Shown here: piece after piece, positions 24,252 through 36,653 of the stretch
Position numbering within the stretch: position 1 is the first letter of the stretch
Layout of the letters: every line of letters starts with the position of its first letter
Assembly: GCA_016748015.1 (NCBI GenBank)
Contig: JAAOMT010000741.1
Coordinates: forward strand, 641,679-705,678
Direction: 5' to 3'
Length of the DNA: 64,000 bases
Source of the DNA: Geosiphon pyriformis uo1
Lineage: Eukaryota > Fungi > Glomeromycota
Notes under the pieces: model-generated
What the model saw: only the letters and a program-made list of their open reading frames with translations
The model's database searches: none
What the model was told of the DNA's origin: nothing
Translations under genes and position numbers: made by a program

Positions 24252-26092
24252 ATAGTTTTTTTTAAAACTATTTAAAATAAACAGTTTTTTTATCTGGTCT
24301 TAACTGTATAACAATCTATTATTAATTATAAAACTTAATTTAGTTTTATTTTTAAAAATATATATAATAAATAAAATATATTAATTAATAAAAATTTAAA
24401 AATAAAAATTAATTTACTAAGAGATTTTTTTAATAAGACTATCTATTATCTGCTTTTATATTAAGAAAAGATCAATTTTTGATTAAAAAATTTTTTATTA
24501 TTGAAAAAAACTTAATTTTTAAGATCTAGTTCTTAATTGGTTTAAGTTAATATTTGATTTTTTAATTAATAATACCTCTTATTATATTAATTAGTTTTTA
24601 GTTAATAATTTATGTTTTTGAATATTTATGATTTTAGTAATTTTTTTATAATTAAGAGATGTTTTTTTAATGCTAATTTAAATATTATTAATGTTTATAC
24701 AAATAAATCTTTAAAAAATTTGGGTATGTTTGATATAAAATATAATACAACTGTAGTTTTTATTGATTTAAATTTGGCTGTAAATATTAAAGTTAGTGGT
24801 TTAATTTTATTTATATTGGTAGAATTGTAAACAATTATTTTAATACTTGAATATATTTTTGTTTTTAGTACTGTTATGATATATTCAGATAATTAAGCTG
24901 TTTTAAATACTTATTTAATTAAATTAAATATAGTTTTGTTAGACTTTTATAATTGTTATTAACTTAAAAAACATTTTATTTCAAATTTTATTAAGAATAA
25001 AAGTTTTGATATTACTTGGTTTAAGATTAAAAATCATTCAGATATTTTGGATAATAAGTGTACTAATAAATTAGCTGCTATTGTTTCTTATTTAGGTTTG
25101 ATGTTTTTTATTTGAATTTATGAAAAGTTTATTAAAATTAATAGAATAATAGTATTTGAAAACATTTAATATTTTGTTTGTAATATATTTAAAGCTATTT
25201 ATTGTGTTTACTAAAAGATTAAACTTGGTTTTGGCATTGTAAATGTAAATATTATTAGAAATATTGATTAAAATTAAACTGCTTTAGTTTAGTATTCTGA
25301 CTTACATATAATTTTTTGTTTTACAAGTAAAATTTCTGCTAGTTTACACTTATATTTTATAAAAGCTTTGTATTATTACTTGTTTATTATTATTTGTAAG
25401 CACTTATACAATAGAAAATATTTTAGTATTTGTGTTTTAATTATAAAAAAATAAAATTTTCTGATTATTTTTTTACATGTAAAATAAATTTTGTTGTTCA
25501 TAAAAATTAATTAAATCACATATGACTTTGTAAAATTTTTTATCAGATTTAAACTTATTATTGTTTTGTGTTTTATAGTTGTTTTTTTATATATATTTAA
25601 TAATATAGTTTATACTATTTTATACAAAAATGTTGTATTTAAAAAGTAGTATTTAAAGACTGTTTATTTTTGGTAGTGTTCAGATTGTTGTTAAAAAAAT
25701 TATTAATTTTGTGTATAGTTTAAAAATAACTTATCATAAAAAAATATGGTTGATAAAATCTAAATATAAAGCAGTTTTTAAAAAAAAGTAATCTGGTTTT
25801 TTGTAATGGTTTTATGCTTTTAGTGATTTGATATTTTTGCTTTTTAATAATGTTATTAGATTGTTTAGAATTATAAAAATATATGATATTGGTTTTAGCA
25901 TATGCAGATTTTGTGTTTTTTTCTAAAATTAATTGTAATGTTTTTGTTAAAATAAATATGTAATATTGTTGCAATTGGTCTAAATGGCTAGTTATATATA
26001 AAAAATACATAATTTATGTCTAGTTTAAATTATTTAGGTTAATATATTATACTAAATAGTATTTGGATTTTACTTATTAAATTAATAATAAA
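24252..26092 (+). mobile_element. Highly degenerate LINE copy C, 3' part (RNase H remnant, 3'UTR)
   Basis: Continues the LINE sequence broken at 16607. RNase H remnant NVYTNKSL...VEL at 24612-24830. 3'UTR homolog at ~25960-26092. Confidence 0.8.
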
Positions 26093-27429
26093 TATTATAT
26101 AAAAAGTTAATATTTTGTGAATATTAGAAATTAATAAAACAGTAAAAACTTTTTTTATTTTAAAAAATTTTAAATAAAAAAAAGAAAAAAGTTTTTGTTG
26201 TTGTTATAATATTTACAATATTAATTAATAAAACATTAAAACAAGTTTAATAAAGTTATTAAAATTCCAAAAAAAATGTAATTTTATTTAACATAAATTT
26301 TTTTTAAAATATTAAATAAAAAACTTTTGCTTATTATTTAAAATTAGATAACAACAAAAAATAAAATTAAAGTATATTTTGTTATTAATTTACCAAAAAC
26401 TGTTATAAAAAACAAAAAATTATTAATAAAATAAAAAATATATGATCAAATACATAATTGTCAAAATATTTTTTTTTAATACAATTAGAAAAATAAGTAA
26501 AAAAGTTTATACAAAAACAATTTAAATAATATAAATAACTTGATAAAATCATAAAAAATATAAAATTATTAAAAAAAACTTTTAACTTTGTATAATTAAA
26601 TGTTTTAAAAATTTTGATTATAGTAAAAAAAGCCAAAATGCTTACACAAAAATTTGGTATTGTAAATTTAAAACTTATATTACCATAATTATTATACATT
26701 TTGTTAACCAAAAACTTTAACAAATTAATATTTTTATGCTATTTTAAAAAAATCATGCAAAATTGGTATTTATTTTAACATTTAATTATTTGAATTTAGT
26801 TTTATTTAAAAAAAATCTGCTTCATATTATAAAGAAAATTTTATTATTCAAAATGTACACATTTTTGATTGCATTAAATATTTGATTTAGCCAATGGTAA
26901 ATTTCACCTAGCTGGATCAGTTTTGGCGAAAATATTATTTGAAACATTAGTTGCGTCATACATTCACGCTGTTGCGGCAAAATTTTTTGGTTTCTCTCCA
27001 GGGTGTAGTCAAAGGGTTCGGTTTAAGGATTAGTGATCATTTATTATGAATGTGGTATATTCCTTATTGAAAAGGGTTTATATTTTTATTGGTGCAAATT
27101 TTTTTAAGGTGGAAGTGGCGGAAAGCTTTCTTGGGACATACAAAGATAGGAACTTTCCCAAAAGATAAATTGGGGTGATTTACAATGGCATAAATACTAG
27201 AAGTTACATATACAATTAAATAACAGGTTAAATGAAAGAGGTGTGTTTTATTGCTGCACATAATAAGGAAAGATATAATCGAGCAAAAAAGAGTTGAGCA
27301 CTGGGCCAACTCTTTCAGAAACCTAAAACTCTTGGATAATGTTCGTACAGAAAGAATCATGCAAGAAAAAAACCGGGGACGTAATGGTAACTAATTTTGT
27401 TTCAAATCAATATGGTTCTTAGAAATCAA

Positions 27430-28739
27430 CTAAAGAGAAGAAACGGCTTTACGAGGTCTCAAATTGTATCGAAGAGGTGAATTTCCTGTAGTCACCGATT
27501 TCTCAAAGTCTTTTATGTTGATTTCGTCTCCACCATTTGCCAGATAATCTTTTAATGAAAAGATCTTAATCTTTGTGGTTTCAACTTTGGGTGTGGATGG
27601 TTTGCTGACTGGAGGATATGGCATATATGTGCCTAGAATTCGATCCCATATTGTGAAGAATGGTTGAGAAAAATTCATCTTGATGCCATAAACTTGATGA
27701 TGGATGTCATGGCTTTATAAAACAAAATTGTGATTTAAGTTATAATATTCACAAAAAATTCAAGGCATTTTAAGAAAACTTACTACAAAGAATTATTTCC
27801 AAAAATCAGTTGTATCGGGTCGAATGGTAAATCATAACCACAATGATCATCAACTAAGAAATTAAAGAATAAATTTAATATTAGATGAAATGAAATTTTC
27901 ATTTTAAATTAATTCTTACTTCCAATTACCTGTCTTTAAAGTCGCGAATGAAAAGAATAGCATCGCGCCTCTTGTTGCTAAGCCAGACATTTTAAATGCT
28001 AATGAAGCGCCTACAGAGTCTAGCACAAACCCTTCAACAGGATGATTATAAAGGGCGCCGAATGCGTAAGGCACATACAGAAGGTGATGTCGAGAATGAA
28101 TGTGACGATAAAGAAAAGAATTTTGATGAAATAGGCGGTGCATAAAATACTGCCAAGTATCCAAAATAATCCTATTTTTAAAAGATTCGTTAAAAGATCG
28201 TGGGGAAGATATTAATATAAAATCATTCAATGGATATGCCAACTCAACAAAATCAAGAAAGATATTTACATAGCAGCCACAAATTTCAACAATGGTATTA
28301 GGTACCAATATGCCAATGGTATAATTATGTGTTCGAAGGATGCAAAATATTGTTTAAGACCCAATTGTGTCCCAAAATTATTCCAATTCTGATGATATCT
28401 ATTCAATTCGAATTCGTCATCCACCAAAACGTCCTCATCCTCGGCAACTACTACTAAAAGCCCCAATAATGTTTGTAAAAATTGCTGTAAGAGTACACCT
28501 CGGATAACTTCACCCATTGACACTTTATTTTTTTTCTCCATTTCGTAAGAGTTGTGAAGGCGATATTTTTCGAAAAAGGAGACCTTGTAGGTTGAAATAA
28601 GGTGAAAGAATCCCGAATAGATCCAGTAAATGAACAAGGGAAGGAACAGAGACAGCTGTTTATCAGACATGATAGTAATTAAGGGTGTTGGACGAAGAGG
28701 TGACGAAGAGTCAACAAAGGTTGTGTTTGAAATTCCCAT
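27430..28739 (-). CDS. SUR2: Sphinganine C4-hydroxylase (fatty acid hydroxylase superfamily), 4 exons (28739-28270, 28171-27930, 27853-27784, 27712-27430)
   Basis: His boxes DTWQYFMHRLFH, HIHSRHH, DDHCGY, YHDIHHQ, plus LYVPYAFGALYNHPVEG and NFSQPFFTIWDRILGT. GT-AG introns restore the frame. Confidence 0.92.
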
Positions 28740-30697
28740 TTCGTCTTTATTATTTTGACTATATGTTAAAATTCACCAGCGTGTTAAAGTTCGAGAAACA
28801 TGTGGATAACAGAGTGAGTCACTCTAAAAAAATTTTGCCGTGCAAAAAAGTAATAGTGTGTGGGCTCACCTTTAAATCTAAGCTGTGGGCGCCAACCTTA
28901 TTTATTTTAATCATTCAGGACCCTTTTGTGTTCCTTGGGAACATATTTGTCAGGTTTCCGGAATAGGTAAAAGAATATCCCGAACTTACCTCCAAATTTG
29001 TTTGATGAACCATTGTTTTATCTGCTGAGTTTACTGATAATTGGGCAATGAAACTTGATAAAATATCATTTTTTCAAAGGTAGACATAGTTGAAATGAGG
29101 TGTTGGTTCAACATCCAATAAATAATTGATATAGATTCTATGATAAACGCATACCCCTTTACTTTGCTGATCTTTAATCAAATTAATTCAATAGTATTAT
29201 ATAAAGGCGCACCACTATTCTCGCACACATGACTTCATGTTTGAATGCATTAAGCTAACTATTTTTAATTTTCACTCGGCTATGGCGTAATTTGTCACTT
29301 TATACAGTTGCTGTGGCTTTTCTTTCACATTTTTTCCTCTTTTGATCTTGGAATTTGAAATTAACACTTGTGGTTGATGTTTTTTGCAATACGAAAAATC
29401 TTTTAATTAGTAAAATTCATTAAGGATATTTAAAAAATATTAATACAAAGTTAATTCATTGCAAAAACCAATTAAAGCTATAAAAAAATATCAACAAAAA
29501 ATACTTTTTTTCTATTTAAATACAACATTAAGTTAATGTGATTTTTATTATTGAAAGTGTTTAATTATATATAAAATTTAAAATTTAATAAAAATAATAA
29601 TTTTTATTAATTTTTTAATAATATAAAAACCAAAACTTATTTGTTTTAAGTTTTCAATTTGGATTAAAAATCATTGTATTCAGTTTTTAATTTCAATATA
29701 ATTAAATTTAACATTTGACAAAATAGATTGATAATTTAAGTATTTATAATATATTTTAATTTTATTAATGTAAAAATCTTTATTTTTTAATATTTTTGCA
29801 CTAATTTAAAATTAAAATTGATTTTATATAATTAAAACAAAAAATTTTATCATTCTGTTTTTTTAAAATTATTTTTGTTATTGTTAATTACATATTATTA
29901 TTTTAATATTTTAATTTAAACATAAAATAAATTTTGTTTTAACTTATTATAAATATAAATATATTTATATTTATCCTTACAATAAATAAATAAATATGTT
30001 TAAAATATTTTATAAAATTTATTTTTTTGTATTATTGTTCGTGTAATATAAATAAAACAATCCTGTGCTTTAAAAAAAGTGTTGGCTTGGTAAAATACAG
30101 ATATTTTTAAATATTAAAGAGTTTGACATTTTGAATTGTAAACATTTGAAACTTGCAAGAATAAAATTCAAACTATAAAAAAATGTAAAAATGACTCATA
30201 GAAGTGAAAATAAAATATTAAGTTTAGGCTAATTTGATATCGGGTAATTTAATTTATCTGATAAAAGTTGTGCCGCTAGTAAAACAACCCAGTCAAAGAT
30301 TTGGTGGCCAAAAATGTGTTCCCTTGTGGTTGGGGATAGACTAATACCCGATTCCCACTAGAATCATCTATAAAATCACAATAGCAAGATATTAGGTAAC
30401 TGTATATGTTCTAATGATTATTATTACTATTATTTTATTGCTATTTATTCTATCACGAAATATTACAATTAGGATTAGGTAAAGAAATTAAATTATCTAA
30501 AATTATTTTAAATAAACATCCAAGTTTACTTAAGAAATCAAAGCGTTCACTGCATCGTGACTAAAGTTCGCAGATATTAAGAAGGCTAGAGATCATCCAC
30601 AGCGGTTGTTTTGCTCGGAAATGCGACTGTCAATACTATATTAGCAAGCAAAAAATACTTCCCTTACAACTTGCAAAGACTCTAATGATATCTCTGA

Positions 30698-30728
30698 TAT
30701 ATATATATATAGGTATATATATATATAT
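30698..30728. repeat. (AT)n microsatellite, interrupted
   Basis: atatatatatatataggtatatatatatatat. Confidence 0.8.
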
Positions 30729-31103
30729 AAGATTTCGTTTTTTCCGAATTTCAATCAAGTTGCAAAGATGCAATTGTACGTATGTTTACAAGAATTTTTA
30801 AACAAAAATATGTACTAAATATGTAATATGTACTCCATTTACAGGCGTAACAAAAGGAGGAAAAAAAATATTAAACATAGAAAATGGGTAATGTAAAGGG
30901 AATAAAGATGATGAAACGTCAACAGGAATGTTTCTAGAGACGAGTCAACATCAAAAATTAATAGGGAATAGCTAAAGAAATTGAAAACACGCATTGTTTC
31001 TCATACTCCAAACCCCCAAAACCGAGATTTTGAAAAAAGAAACTCTAAGAAAAGAATTGCCACCAGCCATTTTAAGGATTGACGTGAATATATGTTACGT
31101 CCA

Positions 31104-34100
31104 TCATGGACGATGTAGAAATGTTTGATTTGGTATTTCCGGTACCAAAAGATGTGTTGAAGACCCGCTTGGTGAAGTTGAGCCAGAAAATATCGTATCG
31201 GATTCGTTTAGACTGCCATAATTTAAATATTTATGGCCTTCGCTTAAGAACATGAGTTTTTCAACCTCTAGATCGTGTGCATTTATCGAGACATAAAAAA
31301 TTCCCAGACAAGAAGGGTTAGTAAAGGATTATTCACAGTGAAAATTTCAATACTACTCTCCCCAGACCAATCATGGAATTAAATACGTACAGGATTCAGA
31401 GAACTTACTTGAGATCAGATGCTTGCCATAAGTGAATTTCTTTAAAGACTGCAAATGTGGTTTGATCTTGGCAACTAATAGATCTCGTTGCTCACCATCA
31501 ACCACATCAAGCATCTTTTGAACTACATAGTTAGCATACTGATCTTTCATCATCGAAATCAAAGGGGAGGTCCTAAATGAATCAGGAAAAAGGTCCATAT
31601 ATAAATAATGTTAATGAGTGAAATAAATATTTACAAATAAACCAAGCATCAGTTTCGATTTTGGATAAATTGATAAATACCCATCAGGTTTGGTTGTAAT
31701 AACTTCATCGATCAGCATCTGGCGGTCACGCTTACTACCATAAGCGACACATTTTTCAACCACGTTGCTGGCAAATTTGTGTTTAGACATTTGTAATACA
31801 TTGCCACGAACTTTAGCAACGACCATCGACTTATCGGCAGGCTTTCCACGCTCTAAAACGTGTTGAATAACATAATTGCCATATTGATCCTGAACAAGAT
31901 TTTGGGTATACCGATGGAGTTCTTCCAAGAGTGGTTTCTTTTAAAAGAAAATTTAAGATGAATAATGGTGTTCACCGAGAATAAATTCTCTGAATTGGGA
32001 GTAAATTTCATACCGTTTGCTCATCCGTACAATGTTCAAACATTCGTTGAATGACTCGACAACCGTATGGATGTGTTGCAAGATTATATACTTGTCCGTG
32101 GAATGCATTTATAATGAATTGAATATGTTCTGCAGGAACACGCTCGATGGCTTTTTGAATCACATGATTGCCATTTTGATCCTTCACACATTTGAGTACA
32201 TTGCCATCTAATTCCTTGACTAATGTGGCTTGTTGCTCGGTAAGTACATGTTCAAGAGCCTAAAAAGATAACAGGTTAAAGGTGTTTGAGATGGATAGAG
32301 AGAAATAAAAAGTGGGAATAGCAAATAATAGATTCAACTTACTTTTTGAACCACCCGACATCCATACATTTGAAGAGCTAATGACAAGACATGTCCTTCC
32401 ATTTGCTTGGCTAGGATTGTTTTTTGCATTTGATTACCATGCTCGAAAAATTTTTGAATAACATAGTTTCCAAAAACATCTGTCATTAGCTGTAAGGCAT
32501 TTGGAAGAATCTCGTCAAAAACCAATTGCTTTTCATCGCTGTTAGCTGTCTCAAGTTTCTGTTGAATAAAACGTGACCCATGTTGGTCGCCACTAAACTC
32601 TACGATATTCCCAACAATATCCTAAAAAAATTATGATCGAATTCAGAAAGATGATAACACAAATTTTAGTGGCTTTGTTCATCGAACACTTACTCGAAGT
32701 TCATACTTCTTGTTTTTGTTATTTCTAAATTCTTCTAATAATGGACTGCGCATTCCATGACCTGGATCAGAGATACTTGAACTGAGGTCATGACTACGAC
32801 GAGCGCTAGAAATTGATCCAAATCCACTCAAATATTCAGCTGAATGATGGTGTCTTAATAGTTGCTCTCTAGCAAGAAGCATTTGTTGTTGTTGAAGTCG
32901 CTCCCTTTGAAGGAGTAGTTGTTGGGATTGAAACCGTAAATTTTTCTCTGCCAAATTGTTTGCACGGTTTTGCACAGTTAATGGATTACCAGCAAGGCCG
33001 CTCACAGAGCTGAGCCCACTACTATTCAGACTCGAACCATAGTATTGACTGTTCTTTGAAAGACCACCATATTCTGAAGAAAGTATTGAATCACCACGAT
33101 TGACAAGACCAGCACTGCCACCCAACCCTAATTGTTGTTGTTGAAGAGCTTTCTGATACTCGTAGCCGCGCGAATTTAGACCTAAGGCACTATTAGACCT
33201 CGGATAGGCAAGATCAGCACTGAGGAGATTTCGGCTAATCATTCCTTCATCACGAGGGTCCCATACAGAACCATAAATATCTATGAAATTATAAAGCAAA
33301 TTTATGTTGAGTTGTTGATAAACTATCCGCTCATGTCACTGTAAAGGAACAAAAACCAGAAAATTTTCAAGCATAACAAACCTTCTCGTTGTTGCGTCAT
33401 ATATTTCTCATACGATTCCTTTACCATACCTTTTTGATAGCCACTGATCGGAGGGCTTCCGCCTAAGTTAATACATAGGTGAATTGTGTGCTTTACAAAA
33501 TAAAACTCTCAAATATTTAACAAACAAGTTTTCAGAATAAAACTTACCAAGGCTGTACTGAGAAAATCCGGTGGAAGCGGAATTATCAAAGAAGGGACTA
33601 TACTGAGATTGTTGTAGTTTGATTCGTTGCTGTTTCAGTGCCTGCTGCCGAATAAGATGAGCCTGCTGTAAAGCGTCAGCATATTCATCCTGGATTTTAG
33701 CGGTGTAAGAAAAATAGTTAGAAAGGTATGCGTAGAAGAAACCATCAGAAATGTATAAAGAAATTTCTCTTGTAAAGATATTTCAATCTCATGGAATGAA
33801 TATATTTGATTAACATTGCATTAATTTCTGGGTAAATCAGAGTTCAATATCGATGTGTAGTATAGATCCTTATAAATATCAAAGGCTAAATATGCAAAAT
33901 ATAAAGCTTACATTTCCTTCCAGACGCATGTTATATAATAAGTCAGCGTGGGACAAGTCACCATGAAATTCTTGAGCAAAACCAAGACTTTGATTACGGA
34001 AATGGTTTTGGGTGGGCGGTGTCGATGATGCACGGGGTGGTGGGTCAAACTTATTACGAAGAGGGGGTGGTGGTGAGGTGCCCCTGAAAGAATTAGGCAG

Positions 34101-35695
34101 CCGATGGTTTTCAAGATGATCGTCTTCCAAAGCAACGTTCACAACCGAATTAATATGTTCGTCATCATTGGCAACACGTAAATTGTTATAAACCTGATTC
34201 GCAAGTGGGTCATCCAGATCGAGGGAACTGCGAAAATCATGAAGATTATATGGATCGTTCTCAGCAGCGGCCGCCTCGGCCAGAGCAGCGGCTCGTTGTC
34301 GAGCTTGCTGGAGAGCATAGAGTGGCGATGGCGTACGTGGAAAATCCTGAAGATGGGAAACCACATTTAACCGCATGTCATTTCTTTTGTCCTTTAAATA
34401 TTCATGCAATGAATATACACGAACGGTTTTCTTACAACAAAATTGAACAAAGCGCAAAAATGATCTTTGAGGAATATTTATTTATTGAATTAAAAAAATC
34501 TACTTACTTCTTGAATCATTTCGACTAAATTTTTCCTTTTGTTTGGAGAGTGAGGGTCATTGCCTTGTGAAGGTGATCCTATCTCAGAACGCCAAAGCGA
34601 CGCAGCACTGCTGGTGCCTTGACTGTTGTAAGATTCATATTGAGAATTAACCGATTCCGAGGGATAATCTTGCTGCCCTAGCGACGATTGGGTTTCTGGC
34701 TCAAGGCTTTCATCTAGTGGATGAGCGCGTTGAAAATCATCATCCGCATCTGCGATACACGAGAAGGAAGAATTTTATAGTAATTTAGAGTTTATCAAAA
34801 CATTATATTTAGAGTTATTAGGAATCTGTTTAATTTTAACATATGAATAAATAAAGTAATGATCTATTAGACCTATAAGCAGTCAAGTATTTATGCAAAT
34901 GAAATACAAGTATAAAACAAAACCTCATTTATATAACATGACAATGACTTGTAATTGATCAAAACTTTTTGGAAAGAGAATGTACATACCTAATCCCAGT
35001 CCTCTGAACTTTTCTAAAACTTTTGATTTCCCAGCAATAACGGAGGATGAACTGTTTGTTGTAGCAGTTTTCGAATTCAACCCACTTAGAGAACTATTAG
35101 TATTATTGGTCCATAACTGCCAAGACTGACCAGGAGCATACAAAGGGGGCGGCAATCTAGGTTCTAGTCGAGAGTTCAAATTATAAAATCCGGAATAGTC
35201 AGGATCAGAACGAGGATCTGATAGGGAGGAATTTTCAAGTTCAGTGGGATCAAAGCGACCAAGCTGGTTTGCGACTTGAGTCGGAGGTGCACTACTTGAA
35301 CGACTTCCGCCGATGTCCTTGGGCTGTTCAGCGAACATGTCGTAATCGTTGTATTCCACTCTTCCTCTCAACAGGGCGTTAAGTGCCTTTTAAAAAAGAA
35401 AGAATAAACTTAATATGAAGAAAATAAATCACTTGAGGGAAGTTTAGAAAGTGGTTAAAGAGACAGGGAGACGAATTTTTTTATGAGGTTCTAGTCTGAT
35501 TTTGCGCAGTTTCCAAAAAGGGAAAGGTGAAAGACGTGATCTAACAGATTTTAACTAGTTGACAGCTTCTAGGTGGTACGATTCAGCAACACATACTTGT
35601 CCTTGTGGCTGATTTTTTGCAGTTGGTTGATGAAGGTCAGCTTTAGTTTTACTATTAGACGCAGCTTCGGCGTCCCTTATTATACGGGGCATCAT
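31104..35695 (-). CDS. PUF3: Pumilio/PUF RNA-binding protein (Puf3/PUM1-type), multi-exon
   Basis: PUM repeats with motifs [63 protein letters not shown] and DQYANYVVQ. Long low-complexity N terminus. Start ATG 35695 and stop 31104 inferred from splice signals. Confidence 0.9.
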
Positions 35696-36631
35696 CTTTG
35701 GCGAAGAGATGTATAAGTTGACAAGTGAGTATGATTATTGATATATTTTTTAATTTTGCAATACTAGAGTAGACTCTTTTGTTTCTGCAAAAAGTGATCA
35801 AGTATGTAAAAAAAAAAAAGTAGGACGATGCGAAGGGGGCAAAATATAGTGAAAAGGAAAGGTCTAAAATATATAGAAAAGGTAAATGGATATAAAAGTC
35901 TAAAGATAAAAGTATGAACAAGGCTTTTGTACAATTTTTACACTTGAAGGATACGCTCTCTCAGATGAGAGAAACGATTTTTTTTTTTGAGAGTGCAAAG
36001 TAAGAAACGATTAGTGAAAAAGTTTTGCGTTTAGTGAGTTTGAGATTGGGTAATAGCGGCGAGTGGAGTTTGAAAGCGGAGTAAAAAAAAGAAGGTAATA
36101 TTGGTATGTGTATGTAAGTTCAGTATTTAATTTTTACTATTAAAGGAAGGGGACTGGGCATCGTTTCACTTTGCAGTCAGAAAAGAAGAATAGAGGTTGA
36201 AGAGAGTCAGAGGTAATATGACGCAGACTAAAAAAAAGAGGGGAAAATAGGAAACAGGCAAGTAGAAGAACGGGAAAATGTGGAAGGAATTTTTGGTAGT
36301 CTGACTAAAATATGATTGGTGGGAGTTTTGAATTCCGATGGAATTGAAGCCAGGTAGTGCAAAATTTGGGGGGGGGGGGTAGGATATTAGACGAACTTAT
36401 TTTATGACATCATACAAAAAATCGCGTGGGACATTGTTGAAAACTTGAGTTTTTTGTTAAAAAAAAAAAAAGAGCTTTTACATTTTTCTGATGGTGAAAT
36501 TACTTTTATCGCAGAACAATGAGAAATCAAACAAATGAAAGCTGGATGGTGGCGTTACTATGGTCTATTCTCTCCGTAACGAATCGCGTGTATTCGCGTG
36601 GTCAAGACTGGACCAGACAAGGGACTAGGCA

Positions 36632-36653
36632 GTGATGATGATGATGATGATGA
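36632..36653. repeat. (GAT)n microsatellite
   Basis: gtgatgatgatgatgatgatga. Confidence 0.8.

Noticed and set aside
30780-30850. Possible Pumilio response elements in the PUF gene's own 3' region
   Set aside because: Only near-matches (TGTAAACA, TGTAAATG on the minus strand); no canonical TGTAHATA.
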